A stretch of DNA of 60,116 nt. Origin: an uncultured Thermoanaerobaculia bacterium (GTDB lineage: Bacteria; Acidobacteriota; Thermoanaerobaculia; Multivoradales; J023). Below, piece by piece: positions 8,720-17,041 of this stretch. Numbering within the stretch: the stretch's first letter is position 1; every line of letters begins with the position of its first letter. A program made the position numbers and the translations under genes. The stretch is from NCBI GenBank assembly GCA_964499975.1, contig CAZCOV010000001.1, forward strand, positions 1 through 60,116, read 5' to 3'. The notes beneath the pieces were generated by a model. That model was not told the DNA's origin, searched no databases, and saw nothing but the letters and a program-made list of their open reading frames with translations.

Positions 8720-10753
8720 TTAGGGCGCGGCAGCCGAAGAGCCGTTCGCTTCTGGCACGGCTTGCTGGCGAGCAAAGGCGCGGTTCGCCCGGTAGTCGGT
8801 ATAGTTTTTCTTGGCGTTGGCGTACATCTTGTAGGCGATCGGCAGCAGTCGGGAAAAGGTCTCGATCGGGTTGAAGTTCTGCGGTGAGAAGAGAAAGCGC
8901 GGCTGCGTTTGATCGGACATCAGCGGTGATTGGAGCTCGAAATGGACCTTGTGATGTCCGTAGGAGATGAGCAGCGCGTAGGGAATCCAGCACAGGTTGT
9001 GGGGATCACTGATCTTGAGCCGGGCGGGCGGGAGATCGCGCAGCCTGAGTCCGGGACGGTCGAAATCCTGGAAGTAGGCCACCACGTCGTGGGCTAGGTT
9101 GAGGGTTTTGGGATGCCAGGTCCCCCAGCGCGGCATCAAATGGCGCTGGACCCTAAGCAGGGTGTCAAGGGCGGAATCGCGCGCGATGCCCCAGCGGTCG
9201 CGGAGATAGTCGGCGATTTCGTCATAAACCTTCTTCCACGGCAGAAAAGCCGCACTGGAGCGGTAGAGCACCCGGCCTGATTTGCAGCTTTCGTTGCGCC
9301 CCAGGACGTTCAATACATGACGCACTTGCGCGAGTCCTGGGCGCTCGCTCGCCACATCGTCCATCAGCTGGGCGAGGAAGGCAACTGCCTGAATCTGATG
9401 CTCTTTCTGGAGGAACCGCAGCAGATACGCGAAAACCGAGAATTCGGTCGCGACCAGATAGACCTCGTAAAACTGCTGCATTTTCTGGATGTCGTCGGCC
9501 GATGCGGTTTTGGTCGAGATCACGAAGTTCCAGTCGTCGACGACGATGCCATGCTCTTGCATGTAGTCGCGATGCCCCATTTGCGAGTTGGGCAGCACCA
9601 TGCAGGTGTATGCCTTGGCGTGGACGCGGCGATCAAAGCAAAATTGGAGATCACTTTGAAACGACTCGACCGTCGCGCCAGGAAGCCCGATCAAGAGATC
9701 GGTCGAGACGGTCATGTGTTCCTGCTGAAAGATCGCTAGCAAGTCCTCGTAGCGCTCGGTTTTGATGTTCGAGCGCCTGATCGTGTCCAAGGTGTGGGGA
9801 TCGGTGGTCTGGAGCGCGATGATGCCTTCGGCGGCCAACCCCGCGCGGCTGAAAATGCGGACAATCTCGGTGAGCCGCGGAGTCGCGTTCTTGGCGTAGT
9901 TCGCCACCACTTGCCGGGGATAGCCGTAGCGGGCTTTGGCCGCGGCGATCATTTCCGCCACTTCCACGTCGCGCGCCAGGATGCCGAAATTAGCGTCCGC
10001 CAGCCACAGCACTTCCATGCGTCGGCGCGCTGTCCACTCGATTTCGGCTTGCACCCGGGCCAGGTCGAATTGCCGCACCTTCTGCATGGTCGCAGATCCC
10101 CAATCGCAGAAGGTACAGCTGTAAGGGCAACCGCGGTTGGTCTCGAGGATCGCGGCGATCCAGTCCTGGTTCTGCGCGGTGTCAAAGTAGCCGTTCAGGT
10201 AAGGCGATGGGATGGTGTCGAGGTCAAGCAGCCGTTCGCGTTCCTCGGTCCGAAGAACCTGCGTGCGGTCTTTGGGGTCAGGACAGAAGGTAATGCCGCG
10301 CACGTCTGCGATCGCGGGTCGCCAATCTGTACCGCGCGGGACGCTGGCCAGCTGGTCGAGCAGGTCGGCAAGGGTGACCTCCCCTTCACCGCGCACTGCG
10401 ATGTCGACATGGGGATGCTTGGCCATGAACGCCGCGCAAGCGTAATCATACTTGGGCACACTCGGCCCGCCGTGAACCGTGATGCACTCGGGCACCAGGC
10501 GCTTGACTCCTTCCGAGACCGCCAAAAATCCCTCTGAATTCCACAAATAATGCGAAAAAAGCACGATGCCTGGTCCTGAGCGCTGGATCGCCTGGAGCAG
10601 CGACGTGGTGGTGAAATAAAACGTGGGATCGAACTCATAGCTCTCATTCAAGAGCCCGTTGCGGTACGCCTTGGCGTAGCTCACGACCATGCCCAGCGCC
10701 ATCGGACTGTGATGCGGGCGTTCATAAACGCAGTAGACCGTTTTTTTATTCAT
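8720..10753 (-). CDS. B12-binding domain radical SAM protein (class B rSAM, possible C-methyltransferase)
   Basis: 677-aa ORF. Radical SAM cluster motif TNRGCPYSCTFCDWG (CxxxCxxC) lies after an N-terminal Rossmann-like B12-binding region (PGIVLFSHYLWNSEG...VHGGPSVPKY). The gene is convergent with the A-domain gene. Confidence 0.88.
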   Translation of the reverse strand: MNKKTVYCVYERPHHSPMALGMVVSYAKAYRNGLLNESYEFDPTFYFTTTSLLQAIQRSGPGIVLFSHYLWNSEGFLAVSEGVKRLVPECITVHGGPSVPKYDYACAAFMAKHPHVDIAVRGEGEVTLADLLDQLASVPRGTDWRPAIADVRGITFCPDPKDRTQVLRTEERERLLDLDTIPSPYLNGYFDTAQNQDWIAAILETNRGCPYSCTFCDWGSATMQKVRQFDLARVQAEIEWTARRRMEVLWLADANFGILARDVEVAEMIAAAKARYGYPRQVVANYAKNATPRLTEIVRIFSRAGLAAEGIIALQTTDPHTLDTIRRSNIKTERYEDLLAIFQQEHMTVSTDLLIGLPGATVESFQSDLQFCFDRRVHAKAYTCMVLPNSQMGHRDYMQEHGIVVDDWNFVISTKTASADDIQKMQQFYEVYLVATEFSVFAYLLRFLQKEHQIQAVAFLAQLMDDVASERPGLAQVRHVLNVLGRNESCKSGRVLYRSSAAFLPWKKVYDEIADYLRDRWGIARDSALDTLLRVQRHLMPRWGTWHPKTLNLAHDVVAYFQDFDRPGLRLRDLPPARLKISDPHNLCWIPYALLISYGHHKVHFELQSPLMSDQTQPRFLFSPQNFNPIETFSRLLPIAYKMYANAKKNYTDYRANRAFARQQAVPEANGSSAAAP

Positions 10754-10795
10754 CGCATCCGCGATAATATTGCAGCTGGTTCCAGCGGGTCAATC

Positions 10796-10801
10796 TATAA
10801 T
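10796..10801 (+). promoter_or_regulatory. Candidate -10 hexamer (perfect TATAAT) upstream of the four-helix-bundle/OMT ORF
   Basis: A consensus TATAAT lies in a GC-rich divergent intergenic region, 5 bp before the left nonamer array and 79 bp before GTG 10880. No convincing -35 was seen. Confidence 0.3.
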
Positions 10802-10805
10802 GCGC

Positions 10806-10859
10806 TCCGACAAGTCCGACTCGTCCGACAAGTCAGACATGTCCGACAAGTCAGACTCT
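10806..10859. repeat. Tandem array, 6 x 9 bp (left flank of four-helix-bundle module)
   Basis: Units: TCCGACAAG TCCGACTCG TCCGACAAG TCAGACATG TCCGACAAG TCAGACTCT, contiguous with no spacers. Confidence 0.95.
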
Positions 10860-10879
10860 TCCCCCCAAAAAGGAACCCC

Positions 10880-12523
10880 GTGAGCAAGCCCACTCCCCCG
10901 GAAGACACCCTGCTCTTGCCCCATGGCGGCTACCGCAAGTTGCGGAGTCACAAAGTGGCTTCCGCGGTCTACGATGCCACGGTGGTGTTCTGCCGTCGCT
11001 TCTTGGCGCACGATCGGCGCATGGCTGACCAGATGGTGCAGGCTGCGCGCAGCGGGGTGCGCAACATCAGCGAGGGCAGCGGCGCAGCCGCGACGTCACG
11101 CAAGAGTGAGATGAAGCTGACCAACGTCGGCCGCGCCAGCTTGGCGGACGAGCTGCTGCCAGATTATGAGAGCTTTCTGGTGCAAAACGGCCTGCGCGTT
11201 TGGGCCAAGGAATCGCGGGAAGCCCGCGCGATGCGCGCGCGCCTGCGCCAGGACCGGGATGAGAACCTGCCGCCAGCACCCGCGGGCACCGTGCGCCTGG
11301 AAGGGCTTTCCGGGCTGGCGGATTTTGTCGCGCGGGCTGAGCCCGAGCTGGCCGGCAATGCCATGCTGTGCGCCGTGCATCAGGCGGTTTACCTCTTGAA
11401 CCGCCAGCTCCAGAGCCAGGGGCAGGATTTTTTGGAGAAGGGCGGTTTCACTGAACGGCTTTACCGCGAGCGCAGGGAAAAGAGGAGTCAGACAAGTCCG
11501 ACTGGTCGGACAGGTCAGACACGTCCGACAGGTCCGACTCTCCCATCGCTGATCCACGGCTATATCAACACTCAGCTGCTTTATGTGGCGGCCAGGCTCG
11601 GCATCGCTGACCTCTTGCGCGATGGCCCCCAAAGCCGCGAGGCGCTGGCCTGCGCTACCGGGATCGCGGCGCAGGCACTGGAGCGTTTTCTCCTCGGGCT
11701 GGTCACTTGCGGCGTGCTCGAACTGACCGCTGACGAACGCTTTGCCTTGACCCCGGCAGGGATGCTGCTCGCGGCGGATCATCCACAGTCCCTGCGCGGG
11801 CAAGCGCTGCTCGCCGGAGAGCTGTTTTATCCTGCTTGGGGACAGCTGCAAGAGAGCCTTCAACAGGGTGGCACCGGGGTCGAAAAAGCGTTCGGTCGCC
11901 CGCTGTTCGAGCACCTGGCACACCAGCCCGAGGTCGGCACGCGGTTCAACGCCTTCATGGCCGACCTCACCGCGCGCACCGCGGAAGCGCTCCTCGGCGT
12001 CTATGATTTTTCGTCTGCCAAACGCCTCGTCGACGTCGGGGGGGGGCAGGGGACCCTGCTCGCCGCGATCTTGCACGCGCATCCAGGGCTGGTCGGCGAA
12101 GTCTTTGACGCGCCTGCGGTCGCCGCCGAAGCGCGAGCGCAGATTGCTGCTGCCGGACTCACTGCGCGCTGCCAGGTGCAGAGCGGCGATTTTTTCACGG
12201 CAGTTCCCCCTGGGGCTGATACGTATCTGCTCTCCCAAGTGCTCCACGACTGGGACGATGAGCGGTCGATCCTCATCCTCGAGAACTGCCGTCGGGCGGT
12301 TGCTGCGGACGGCAGGGTCTTGGTGCTCGAACGCTTGGTGCCCGAAAAAGCCGCACAGCGCCTTGAAGTGGTGATCATGGACCTGATGATGCTGACCCTG
12401 ACCGGGGGACATGAACGCACGGCTGCGGATTACGCGCGGCTGCTGGCGGCAGCAGGGTTTGAACTGCAGCGCATCATCCCCCTGCCTTCGGGCAGCGCTT
12501 TGCTCGAGGCGGTGGCGCTTTGA
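10880..12523 (+). CDS. In-frame fusion ORF: four-helix-bundle protein (23S rRNA IVS / Avd-like family, with suffix domain) + class I SAM-dependent O-methyltransferase
   Basis: GTG 10880 is preceded by AAAAAGGAA (AGGA 10871-10874, 5-nt spacer). The N-terminal ~200 aa are HGGYRKLRSHKVASAVYDATVVFCRRFL...DQMVQAARSGVRNISEGSGAAATSRKSEMKLTNVGRASLADELLPDYESFL...EKGGFTERLYRERREKR. A repeat-encoded linker SQTSPTGRTGQTRPTGPT follows. The OMT then begins at ~11545: LIHGYINTQLLYVAARLGIADLL (dimerisation helix), LVDVGGGQGTLL (SAM motif), VLHDWDDE. The track ORF start at 10709 was rejected because it overlaps the rSAM start on the other strand. Confidence 0.75.
   Translation: MSKPTPPEDTLLLPHGGYRKLRSHKVASAVYDATVVFCRRFLAHDRRMADQMVQAARSGVRNISEGSGAAATSRKSEMKLTNVGRASLADELLPDYESFLVQNGLRVWAKESREARAMRARLRQDRDENLPPAPAGTVRLEGLSGLADFVARAEPELAGNAMLCAVHQAVYLLNRQLQSQGQDFLEKGGFTERLYRERREKRSQTSPTGRTGQTRPTGPTLPSLIHGYINTQLLYVAARLGIADLLRDGPQSREALACATGIAAQALERFLLGLVTCGVLELTADERFALTPAGMLLAADHPQSLRGQALLAGELFYPAWGQLQESLQQGGTGVEKAFGRPLFEHLAHQPEVGTRFNAFMADLTARTAEALLGVYDFSSAKRLVDVGGGQGTLLAAILHAHPGLVGEVFDAPAVAAEARAQIAAAGLTARCQVQSGDFFTAVPPGADTYLLSQVLHDWDDERSILILENCRRAVAADGRVLVLERLVPEKAAQRLEVVIMDLMMLTLTGGHERTAADYARLLAAAGFELQRIIPLPSGSALLEAVAL
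11488..11541. repeat. Tandem array, 6 x 9 bp (right flank of four-helix-bundle module, translated as linker)
   Basis: Units: TCAGACAAG TCCGACTGG TCGGACAGG TCAGACACG TCCGACAGG TCCGACTCT. Same unit family, orientation and number as 10806-10859, offset by 682 bp. Confidence 0.95.
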
Positions 12524-13713
12524 GCGATGCCCGAGCGGTGTTGCTCCCAGACCCCCGCTCGCCTGCGGTGCGGGCGGATCCCTATCCGGTTTACGCTGCC
12601 CTGCGCGCTGCTGCGCCGCTTTACTTCGACGCAGCCGGCCGCACCTGGTATGTCACGGGCTACGAACCCTGCCGCGCGCTGTTGCGCGATCGCCGCGTGG
12701 TCAACGTCGACACCGCGACTTGGCCGGACGATCCGGCGCCGCTCGCCGGTCTCAAGAAAAAATGGCTGCTCTTTCTCAATCCCCCGGACCATACCCGGGT
12801 GCGCAAACTGGTCCAGAGTGTGTTGACTCCGCAACGGGTGGCAGACCTGCAGCCCACGGTTGAGCGTCTCACTGACCAGTTGCTCGCGCGGGTTGAACCT
12901 GCCAAGTCGATGGACGTGATGGCGGATCTCGCGTACCCGCTGCCGGTTGCGCTGATCGCCGAGATCATGGGAGTACCTGCGGCGGATCGGCAGCGCTTCC
13001 GGCAGTGGGCCGATGCGCTCGCCGGGGTCCTCGATGTGGTGGTCGATGCCGCGCGCCTGAACCGCGCGCTGGACGCGGCCGTTGCGTTCTCACAGTACCT
13101 TGAAGACCTCTTCGCGGACCGCCGGGATGAGCCCCGAGACGATCTCCTGACCCACCTGGTCCAGGCCGCAGAAAACGGTGAGTTGAGCCAGGTCGAGCTG
13201 TGCGCCACCTGCATCTTTCTCTTGATCGCGGGTTTCGAAACCACGGCCAACTTGATCGGCAATGGCCTGCTGGCCTTGCTGCGGGCGCCCGGCGAGCTGC
13301 GCAAGTTGCAGGACGATCCCGCCCTGATCGACAGCGCGGTGGATGAGCTGCTGCGCTTTGATGCGCCGGTCCAGCTCGCGCTCCGCACGGTGCGCGAGGA
13401 AATCGAGCACCCAGCAGGCACGATCCACCCTGGGGAGATGATCTATTTCTTCCTCGGTGCCGCCAACCGCGATCCCGCCTACTTCAGCGCACCCGACGTC
13501 CTGGACATCACCCGAAACGAGGCTCCCCACCTGACCTTCGGCGCTGGCATCCACTACTGCCTCGGCGCTCCCCTAGCCCGGCTCGAAGGGCAAGTCGCGA
13601 TCCGCCAGCTGCTCGCCCGGACGTCCAAGCTGCGGCTTGAACTGGCAGCGCCGCGGTTTCGCGAACATTTCTTGCTGCGCGGCCTCGAAACCCTGCCCAT
13701 CTCCTGGCAATGA
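12520..13713 (+). CDS. Cytochrome P450
   Basis: 397 aa. The TTG start overlaps the OMT stop (TTGA). I-helix LIAGFETT, ExxR (DELLRFD) and heme loop FGAGIHYCLGAPLA are present. Confidence 0.9.
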   Translation: MSDARAVLLPDPRSPAVRADPYPVYAALRAAAPLYFDAAGRTWYVTGYEPCRALLRDRRVVNVDTATWPDDPAPLAGLKKKWLLFLNPPDHTRVRKLVQSVLTPQRVADLQPTVERLTDQLLARVEPAKSMDVMADLAYPLPVALIAEIMGVPAADRQRFRQWADALAGVLDVVVDAARLNRALDAAVAFSQYLEDLFADRRDEPRDDLLTHLVQAAENGELSQVELCATCIFLLIAGFETTANLIGNGLLALLRAPGELRKLQDDPALIDSAVDELLRFDAPVQLALRTVREEIEHPAGTIHPGEMIYFFLGAANRDPAYFSAPDVLDITRNEAPHLTFGAGIHYCLGAPLARLEGQVAIRQLLARTSKLRLELAAPRFREHFLLRGLETLPISWQ

Positions 13714-13723
13714 GATTTCTAGA

Positions 13724-13745
13724 GGGCAGGCACGGGGGCCTGCCC
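13724..13745. terminator. GC-rich hairpin between convergent genes (possible bidirectional terminator)
   Basis: GGGCAGGC-acgggg-GCCTGCCC lies between the P450 stop (13713) and the JmjC stop (13746). There is no clear U-tract. Confidence 0.35.
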
Positions 13746-14678
13746 CTACGGTCGCAATTTCGCGCGCTTGCGGCGCCAGGGCATGGCCCCTGCCAGCAGG
13801 TCATAAGCCATCTTGCCGGTGGGTTGCAGGCTGTAAAGCCGGCCCTGATAACTCCGCCCCAAGACCCCGAGCCAGAAGAAGTCGCGAAACAGCTGCCACC
13901 ATTCCGCAAGCCCGGCGCCCATCATGGTCCTCACGTCGTGGAGGGGCGACAGGGGGAAGCCATACCAGCAGTTGAGCGAAATCGAGACCTCCTGCGCCGC
14001 GAAGTAATGCCACCACCCCTTGGGGATGAAGAGCACGTCCCCCGGCCCGACCACGGCTTCATGGAGGACCGCGTTCTTGAACCTTGGATGCTTGACGAGA
14101 TCGGGATGCTCGGGTGAGACCTGGCTCTTGGTGACGTTGTCGCCAAAGGGATAGAGGCAGCGGGCTGCCGTGGGAGTGACCAGCAGGGCTCTTTTCTCGC
14201 CGTAAATCTGCGCAAAGAAATTGTCGAGGTAATCGTAGTGGAGCCCGGAGCGAGTCTTGGCGCCCAACCACACGGCAGAAACCCGGATGTCTCGCGCGCC
14301 CAGGTCGGCGAAGTCGAACTGCGCTCCGAGCCCGGTAAAAGCCGCGATGTCCGCTTGGTCGAGGTAGCACCGATCGCCGGTCTTGAGAACTTCGACGAAC
14401 GCCCCGACCGTCATCTTGCGCCGATGGTCCACGTCGCGGAAAAGGTAGGGCACTTCTGAATCGGGCAGGCCGATGCTGGTCGACACCACCTGATCGCGAA
14501 ACTGCTCGGCGAAATACTCGGGAGTCCAGGTCGAAAGCGCCGACCATGACCGGATCGCGCCTTTGAGAATCACGGGCCGGCGGGCCTGGTCATAGTCCCG
14601 TCTGAACCGCTCGAGATCGAACTCCGCAAGCGTTTCGATGGGGATGTGGGTGGGACCGTTGCGCGGGGAACGGCTCAT
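13746..14678 (-). CDS. JmjC / cupin-8 family Fe(II)/2-oxoglutarate oxygenase
   Basis: HxD motif in SGLHYDYLDNFFAQIYGEKRALL; distal His in VLFIPKGWWHYFAAQ. Start moved to ATG 14678 (MSRSPRNG), which has GGAGGT 6 nt upstream and removes the overlap with the SDR gene. Confidence 0.8.
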   Translation of the reverse strand: MSRSPRNGPTHIPIETLAEFDLERFRRDYDQARRPVILKGAIRSWSALSTWTPEYFAEQFRDQVVSTSIGLPDSEVPYLFRDVDHRRKMTVGAFVEVLKTGDRCYLDQADIAAFTGLGAQFDFADLGARDIRVSAVWLGAKTRSGLHYDYLDNFFAQIYGEKRALLVTPTAARCLYPFGDNVTKSQVSPEHPDLVKHPRFKNAVLHEAVVGPGDVLFIPKGWWHYFAAQEVSISLNCWYGFPLSPLHDVRTMMGAGLAEWWQLFRDFFWLGVLGRSYQGRLYSLQPTGKMAYDLLAGAMPWRRKRAKLRP

Positions 14679-14692
14679 CAAGTTACCTCCGA

Positions 14693-15697
14693 TCAAAACA
14701 TTTTTTCCGACCAGGATTTCGGGCAATACTGGTTGATGATTTCGAGTTCGAGATGGTAGCGGAATTTCGTGGGGCCGCGCTTGCGGATGTATGCCGCGAG
14801 ATCCATCAGCCCCTGGCGAAGCGGGACTTTAGTGGCATAACCCAGGAGCCGCCGCGCTTTGTCCGCAGAGCAGGTCGCGAGCTTGACTTCCTGCGGCCGG
14901 TCGGGGATGTAGATCGGGTCAAGGTCGAAACCGAGAATGTCGGCGATCAAAGCTGCGAGCTGGTTGATCGAAACAAATTCTTCGTCAGGACCGATATTGA
15001 TCACTTCGCCGACCACGTCGTCTTGACAGCCGAGGCGCTCCAGGCAGTAAATACAATCCTCAACAAAGGAAAAACAGCGTTTCTGCTCGCCGTCGCCATA
15101 GATGATCGGCTGCCGTCCCTGCAGCATCAAATTGATCATGATCGACGCCACGTTGCGAAAAGGATCGTCGTATTTTTGCCGCGGTCCAATGATGTTATGG
15201 GGCACGCAAATGGTGTATTCCATGCCGTGGACCGTACACAAATTCTTGACCAAAAGCTCGGCCGCGTATTTGGCAATGCCGTAAGGGTCCTGCGGCCGGC
15301 ACACCATGTCTTCGGTGAAAGGTAAGGACTCCTGCTCGCCATAGCGTGCCATGCTGGAGCAAAAAACGAAACGTTTGACCCCGTTTTGAATCGCGGCTGA
15401 AAGCAGCGTCGACGTGATCTGGAAGGTGTTCTGGGTCACCAGATGGGGGGAGAAGACCGACAGCCCCTCGTAAGCAGTGCAAGCGGTGTGGAACACCACT
15501 TCGCACCCCCGCATGTACTTGACCATCGAGTTCAGATAGCGGCAGTCGACTTGGTAGAACTCCGCTTCCGTGGGCACGTTGTCGAGGTTGCCGCCGATCA
15601 GGGAATCGACTCCAACCACCTGATGACCGCGCGCCAGCATGGTGTCGGCGAGGTGGCTGCCGAGAAAGCCGGCAATGCCGCTGATGAAAACTTTCAT
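14693..15697 (-). CDS. NAD-dependent sugar epimerase/dehydratase (extended SDR)
   Basis: 334 aa. N-terminal GIAGFLGSHL (GxxGxxG) and catalytic YGIAKYAAE (YxxxK). The gene is visibly less GC-rich than its neighbours. Confidence 0.88.
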   Translation of the reverse strand: MKVFISGIAGFLGSHLADTMLARGHQVVGVDSLIGGNLDNVPTEAEFYQVDCRYLNSMVKYMRGCEVVFHTACTAYEGLSVFSPHLVTQNTFQITSTLLSAAIQNGVKRFVFCSSMARYGEQESLPFTEDMVCRPQDPYGIAKYAAELLVKNLCTVHGMEYTICVPHNIIGPRQKYDDPFRNVASIMINLMLQGRQPIIYGDGEQKRCFSFVEDCIYCLERLGCQDDVVGEVINIGPDEEFVSINQLAALIADILGFDLDPIYIPDRPQEVKLATCSADKARRLLGYATKVPLRQGLMDLAAYIRKRGPTKFRYHLELEIINQYCPKSWSEKMF

Positions 15698-15703
15698 CTC
15701 AAG

Positions 15704-16972
15704 CTACCCTCTTCCGTTAGGGCCCACGGCTGGCGCGGCCGGGGCAGAGGTTGAAGACTTGGCTGGCACCTGGCCCACGGCTTTGAGGATGATCTCGGCC
15801 GCCCGCGCGCCGCCGCCAGCCGCGCGGCAAGCATCGCCGAGACGACCGCTGGCTTGGCGGTAGGAGGGATCCTTGAGCAGCAGGTCAACGGCCGCGCGCA
15901 AACGCTTGGGCGTGGCCTTGGCTGGCCGCAGGTGGATCCCCGCACCGATTGCCGCGATCCGCTGAGCGATCAAGTCGGTCTCGAAAGTCGGCGGCACCGC
16001 GATCATCGGCACGGAAAACCAACCGCTTTCCCGGGCTCCCCCATTGCCGCCGTTCATGATGAAGACCTTGGCGCGCGGCAGGATGTCGAGCTGCGGCACC
16101 AGACCGTCACGGCGCAGGCTCCAGACCACGAAGTTGGGCGGAATCGTGCCGAGGTCCTCGGGCACGGTGCTGTTGCTCAACACCATCACGACTTGCAAGT
16201 CGAGGTCGCCCAGTGCCTGGATGCAGTTGCGGAAGAACTGCGGACCCGGGTCGCAAATGGTGCCAAAGCCGATGTAAATCAATTCGTCGGCGAGGCGGTC
16301 GAGCAGCGCGTTGCCGCTCGCCGGACGGGTATGCACGGAGCCGATAAAGTGGTAGTCGTCACCGAAAAGATGTGCGCTCGGCTGCAGCTCGCGCGGCGCG
16401 TGGCAAAAGTTGACCGGCTGGCGGTTGGTGAAGGTGTCCATGTAGCTGGTCGCGACCCCATAGGTGGCCCGCAGCTGCTTTTCCAGTTGACGAAAAAACT
16501 TCAGACTAGCGAAAGATTTGAGATACATGCGGGGAAACTGCGCCCAGACCTGCGGCGCGCGAAGCACCATGGGCAAGCTGAGGGCTGGGGTGTGGATCGA
16601 GGTGAACGCCGGAACTTCGAGCAAGTGGGCAATGATCCGCCCCCAAATGCACAGCGAGTCGTAGACGATGTAGTCGGGCTTTTCCGCGCGGATCGGCTCG
16701 AGCAATTGGGGGATCCACTCGAGGGCGCACCAGGTCATGACCGGAGCCAGGTCCAGCTCATGATGGTAAGGATACTTGGCCAAAGGCCCAGGATAGGGAC
16801 GGATCGGGGGATAGGGGCGAAACTCGGCGCCCAGCCCGGTGATCCCCGCTTGGAAGCGCGGGATTTCCCAGTAGATGACCTGTTCACCGCGCTGGACCAG
16901 CTCGCCAGCCATGCCGTAAGTCGCGATGACGTGGCCACCGCCCGAAACGTTGAGAAAAACCGCTTTACCCAT
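15704..16972 (-). CDS. Glycosyltransferase family 1, MGT/OleD-like (macrolide-type glycosyltransferase)
   Basis: 422 aa. N-terminus MGKAVFLNVSGGGHVIATYGMAGELVQRGEQVIYW and C-terminal NGGNGGARESGWFSVPMIAVP, which is typical of UDP-glycosyltransferases of the MGT family. Confidence 0.88.
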   Translation of the reverse strand: MGKAVFLNVSGGGHVIATYGMAGELVQRGEQVIYWEIPRFQAGITGLGAEFRPYPPIRPYPGPLAKYPYHHELDLAPVMTWCALEWIPQLLEPIRAEKPDYIVYDSLCIWGRIIAHLLEVPAFTSIHTPALSLPMVLRAPQVWAQFPRMYLKSFASLKFFRQLEKQLRATYGVATSYMDTFTNRQPVNFCHAPRELQPSAHLFGDDYHFIGSVHTRPASGNALLDRLADELIYIGFGTICDPGPQFFRNCIQALGDLDLQVVMVLSNSTVPEDLGTIPPNFVVWSLRRDGLVPQLDILPRAKVFIMNGGNGGARESGWFSVPMIAVPPTFETDLIAQRIAAIGAGIHLRPAKATPKRLRAAVDLLLKDPSYRQASGRLGDACRAAGGGARAAEIILKAVGQVPAKSSTSAPAAPAVGPNGRG

Positions 16973-17041
16973 CTTCAGAATGCTCCAGTGCGTTGACCGT
17001 CAAGGCACGGACCCGCGGATTTTAGAGGTCAAGGAACTCGG

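Noticed and set aside
10709-10879. N-terminal extension of the 604-aa track ORF (MMRAFINAVDRFF...RQVRLVRQVRHVRQVRLF)
   Set aside because: It overlaps the start of the radical SAM gene on the other strand and consists largely of the translated nonamer array. A well-placed RBS and GTG at 10880 coincide with the conserved N-terminus (HGGYRKL) of the four-helix-bundle family.
10800-10883. 27-codon upstream ORF (MRSDKSDSSDKSDMSDKSDSSPQKGTP) whose TGA overlaps GTG 10880
   Set aside because: It is merely the third-frame translation of the nonamer array. Its ATG overlaps the candidate TATAAT box, so it may not be transcribed, and there is no RBS. It is kept in mind as a possible leader peptide but is not supportable.
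10806-11541. CRISPR array hypothesis for the 9-bp arrays (also for the 16-bp array at 27923-27986)
   Set aside because: The units are contiguous with no spacers and are far shorter than CRISPR repeats. No cas genes are present.
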